NCBI RefSeq assembly: GCF_000039765.1
Contig: NC_004459.3
Location: forward strand, 840,001 to 872,000
Origin: Vibrio vulnificus CMCP6
GTDB taxonomy: Bacteria > Pseudomonadota > Gammaproteobacteria > Enterobacterales > Vibrionaceae
Length of the DNA: 32,000 bases
Direction of reading: 5' to 3'
The notes under the pieces are model-generated. The model saw only the letters and a program-made list of their open reading frames with translations. It had not been told where the DNA came from and ran no database searches. This document shows positions 29,016 to 32,000 of this stretch, one piece after another (position 1 is the stretch's first letter; the number at the start of each line of letters is the position of its first letter). The position numbers were made by a program, and so were the translations under genes.

Positions 29016-31340
29016 ATGAGCCAAGCTATCTGTCGTCTGATTGCTCAAGAGCTGAATGTTCGCCCTGAGCAAGTCACTGCTGCCGTTGCCCTAATTGATG
29101 ATGGCAACACCGTTCCTTTTATCGCCCGTTACCGTAAAGAGGTAACTGGTGGGTTAGATGATACTCAATTGCGCAACCTTGATAGCCGTTTGTCCTATCT
29201 GCGCGAGCTGGATGACCGTCGCCAAACCATTCTTAAATCGATTCAAGAACAAGGCAAACTTACCGCTGAACTGGAAAGTGAGATCCTCACTGCCGACAGT
29301 AAAACGCGCCTTGAAGATCTGTATCTGCCTTATAAGCCAAAGCGCCGTACCAAAGGGCAAATCGCGATTGAAGCAGGCCTAGAGCCACTGGCCGATACAC
29401 TTTGGAACCACCCACAAACCGAGCCTGAAAGTGAAGCGACCCGCTACATTAATGCCGACAAAGGGGTGGAAGACAGTAAAGCCGCACTCGATGGCGCACG
29501 TGCCATCATCATGGAGCGCATTGCCGAAGACGCCAACTTGCTGGAGAAAATTCGCCAGTACCTCAATCGTCATGCCGAAATTGTGTCACGCGTGGTGGCG
29601 GGCAAAGAGCACGAAGGCGAGAAGTTCAAAGATTACTTTGAGCACAACGAAGCGATCAGCAAAGTGCCTTCTCACCGCGCTTTGGCGATGCTGCGCGGCC
29701 GAAATGAAGGTTTCCTCAGCCTGACGCTCAATGCCGATCCACAGCAAGAAGAAAGTGTACGCCAATCCTATTGCGAGACCCTGATTGCCGATCACTATGG
29801 CGTGACGCTGAGCAGCGCCCCTGCTGACAACTGGCGCAAGCAGGTCATCAGTTGGGCGTGGCGCATCAAGGTTTCAATGCACATGGAAACCGAGTTGATG
29901 GCGGCAATGAAAGAGCGCGCGGAAATCGAAGCGATTGAAGTGTTCGCCACCAACCTCAAAGATCTGTTGATGGCTGCGCCTGCGGGCCCACGCGCAACGC
30001 TTGGCCTTGACCCTGGCCTGCGCACCGGTTGTAAAGTCGCGGTGGTGGACGCCACCGGTAAAGTGCTGGCCACCGACACCATTTACCCACACGTGCCGCA
30101 GAACCAGTACGATCGCGCCATGCAAACGGTGGCGGCCTTGATCAAGCAACACAACGTCGATTTGATTGCGATTGGTAACGGCACTGCTTCACGCGAAACC
30201 GATGCCTTTGCTGCAGATTTGATTAAACGTGGCAATCTCAAAGTACAGAAAATCATGGTCAGCGAAGCAGGCGCTTCGGTCTACTCTGCCTCAGAACTGG
30301 CGGCCAAAGAGTTCCCGAACATGGACGTGTCACTGCGTGGCGCGGTGTCGATTGCTCGTCGCCTGCAAGACCCACTGGCCGAACTGGTGAAAATCGATCC
30401 GAAATCGATCGGTGTCGGCCAATATCAGCACGACGTGAGCCAATCCATGCTGGCCAAACGCCTTGATGCGGTGGTGGAAGATTGTGTAAACGCGGTCGGT
30501 GTGGATGTGAATACCGCTTCTGCCGCACTGCTGACCCGCGTGGCTGGTCTCTCGACCACGTTGGCGCAGAACATTGTCGATTTTCGTGATGAGAATGGCC
30601 GTTTTGACAGCCGTACCACGCTGAAAAAAGTGCCACGTTTGGGGCCAAAAGCGTTTGAACAGTGTGCGGGCTTCCTGCGCATTATGGATGGCAAAAACCC
30701 ACTCGATGCCTCTTCGGTTCACCCTGAAGCCTACCCTGTGGTCAAAGCAATTGCCGAGAAAAACCAAAAAGCGGTCAAAGCGCTGATTGGCGATTCGAGC
30801 TTCCTGAAAGGATTGCGCGCAGTGGATTACACCGATGAACACTTTGGTGTACCAACGGTGACCGACATCATCAAAGAGTTGGATAAACCGGGCCGTGACC
30901 CTCGTCCTGAATTCAAAACCGCCACCTTCGCCGAAGGCATTCATAATGTGTCCGATCTCGAAGTGGGGATGATTCTTGAAGGGGTGGTATCAAACGTGGC
31001 CAACTTTGGCGCCTTTGTTGACATCGGCGTTCACCAAGATGGCTTGGTGCACATTTCAGCGCTGACCGATCGCTTTGTTTCTGATCCGCGTGAAGTGGTT
31101 AAAGCGGGCGACATCGTCAAAGTCAAAGTGATGGAAGTGGATGTGCAGCGCAAGCGTATCGCACTGTCAATGCGCCTCAGTGATGAGCCAGGGCAAGACA
31201 ATCGCAGCCAACGCGCTGCCACACCACGTGGCCAACAAGAGCGCCGCGCTCCATCGCCACGTCGCCATGACAACGACAATACACTTGGCGGTGCCATGGG
31301 TGGTGCATTTGCCGCCGCGTTTGCCAAAGCGAAAAAGTAA
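29016..31340 (+). CDS. tex: Tex/YhgF family S1 RNA-binding transcription accessory protein
   Basis: 774 aa; [21 protein letters not shown]..., [15 protein letters not shown]..., C-terminal S1 domain ([34 protein letters not shown]). Confidence 0.95.
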   Translation: MSQAICRLIAQELNVRPEQVTAAVALIDDGNTVPFIARYRKEVTGGLDDTQLRNLDSRLSYLRELDDRRQTILKSIQEQGKLTAELESEILTADSKTRLEDLYLPYKPKRRTKGQIAIEAGLEPLADTLWNHPQTEPESEATRYINADKGVEDSKAALDGARAIIMERIAEDANLLEKIRQYLNRHAEIVSRVVAGKEHEGEKFKDYFEHNEAISKVPSHRALAMLRGRNEGFLSLTLNADPQQEESVRQSYCETLIADHYGVTLSSAPADNWRKQVISWAWRIKVSMHMETELMAAMKERAEIEAIEVFATNLKDLLMAAPAGPRATLGLDPGLRTGCKVAVVDATGKVLATDTIYPHVPQNQYDRAMQTVAALIKQHNVDLIAIGNGTASRETDAFAADLIKRGNLKVQKIMVSEAGASVYSASELAAKEFPNMDVSLRGAVSIARRLQDPLAELVKIDPKSIGVGQYQHDVSQSMLAKRLDAVVEDCVNAVGVDVNTASAALLTRVAGLSTTLAQNIVDFRDENGRFDSRTTLKKVPRLGPKAFEQCAGFLRIMDGKNPLDASSVHPEAYPVVKAIAEKNQKAVKALIGDSSFLKGLRAVDYTDEHFGVPTVTDIIKELDKPGRDPRPEFKTATFAEGIHNVSDLEVGMILEGVVSNVANFGAFVDIGVHQDGLVHISALTDRFVSDPREVVKAGDIVKVKVMEVDVQRKRIALSMRLSDEPGQDNRSQRAATPRGQQERRAPSPRRHDNDNTLGGAMGGAFAAAFAKAKK

Positions 31341-31361
31341 CAACCTCATTATCCCCAAATT

Positions 31362-31465
31362 GCTTGGAGTCGCAGGTAGGCGGCAAGTGAGTGAATCCCC
31401 ATGAGCATAGATGAACTATGCAATTGGGGTGAACGAACGTAGCCAACACCGCTTCAGCTTCAAGC
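31362..31465. other. Structured intergenic element (candidate Vibrio repeat or small RNA)
   Basis: Outer arms GCTTGGAG (31362-31369)/CTTCAAGC (31458-31465) pair with one G-T wobble. Inner hairpin CCCCA-tga-GCATAG-atgaa-CTATGC-aat-TGGGG spans 31397-31429. Confidence 0.5.
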
Positions 31466-31494
31466 AAAAAGGGGATGGGTTACTGAACGAAAAT

Positions 31495-31528
31495 AAAACC
31501 CACTATGCTTCCATAGTGGGTTTTTATT
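31495..31528. terminator. Strong (bidirectional) terminator
   Basis: AAAACCCACTATG-cttc-CATAGTGGGTTTT, perfect 13 bp stem, then T-rich. Confidence 0.9.
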
Positions 31529-31555
31529 GTCAGTCACTGCGGTGGTGTTTGCTTG

Positions 31556-31999
31556 CTATAACACCGCAATCACTTCTGAAGGGGTATGAGGCGCGACAGA
31601 GTGACCGTAATGGTACTTGATGATCGCTCGACGCTTCTCCATGATCCCTTCTCTTATCGCCGCATCCAAGATACGTTTGGGCAGACGATAGCGCATTGCG
31701 TAGCCTTTACCCTGTTCTTCACTGTAACTTCGCAGTGCCAGAAGTCCAAAAAGCCGCTCAAGCGTGTCTTTGGGGTCTTCATGATAGACCGAGATCTCTT
31801 GCGTATTGGTTTCCATCTCATAGCCAGGGTGCTCTGAAGGATCCCACGAAGATTGACGTCGGCGTTTATCATCACTTTTGACTTTACGTTCCGCGTTAGA
31901 TTTGGCCAACGCAACGGTTGGCGCCACAGGTTCACGCACTCTATTATCGCGCGCGGCCTGCTCTGTCTGCACATTTACCGATGGGGCGATCAGTGGCAC
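31556..31999 (-). CDS. Uncharacterised protein, possibly truncated at the window edge
   Basis: 147 aa open frame to 31999 (start would be GTG); polar N-terminus and ordered C-terminal half (KDTLERLFGLLALRSYSEEQGKGYAMRYRLPKRILDAAIREGIMEKRRAIIKYHYGHS). Terminator at 31495-31528 lies just beyond its 3' end. Confidence 0.6.
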   Translation of the reverse strand: MPLIAPSVNVQTEQAARDNRVREPVAPTVALAKSNAERKVKSDDKRRRQSSWDPSEHPGYEMETNTQEISVYHEDPKDTLERLFGLLALRSYSEEQGKGYAMRYRLPKRILDAAIREGIMEKRRAIIKYHYGHSVAPHTPSEVIAVL

Positions 32000-32000
32000 A

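Noticed and set aside
30330-30944. 204 aa minus-strand ORF antisense to tex
   Set aside because: Shadow ORF with biased composition and no signal peptide or motif; tex accounts for the region.

Overview
Chromosomal window from a Vibrio-type gammaproteobacterium (genus assigned from recalled protein similarity and gene order; no database search was run). From left to right it contains: partial rph (-), yicC (+), an EamA-type exporter (-), a small secreted Cys-rich protein (-), psiE (-), and a five-gene peptide/YejABEF-like ABC transporter on the minus strand. An ~830 bp AT-rich divergent intergenic region follows. Next, on the plus strand, come a TonB-dependent receptor and a dedicated energy-transduction module: DUF3450-like coiled coil, TtpC-like long ExbB, ExbB, ExbD, TonB and a TPR protein. 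The rest is housekeeping: gmk, rpoZ, spoT, trmH, recG, an NCS2 purine/xanthine permease, ompR-envZ (-), greB (-), tex/yhgF (+) and an uncharacterised ORF at the right edge (-). The most interesting unit is ~3.6-17.9 kb, a divergent peptide-type ABC importer and TonB-dependent receptor with its own Vibrio TonB2/TonB3-type module. This type of TonB module is already described in Vibrio, but its substrate and the logic of its control region look open. The control region carries overlapping palindromes and tandem CRP-like half-sites. Other signals worth a look are a PurR-like operator on the purine permease promoter, a long hairpin between exbB and exbD, and a ~104 nt foldable element downstream of tex. 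I found no CRISPR array, transposase, rRNA or tRNA.
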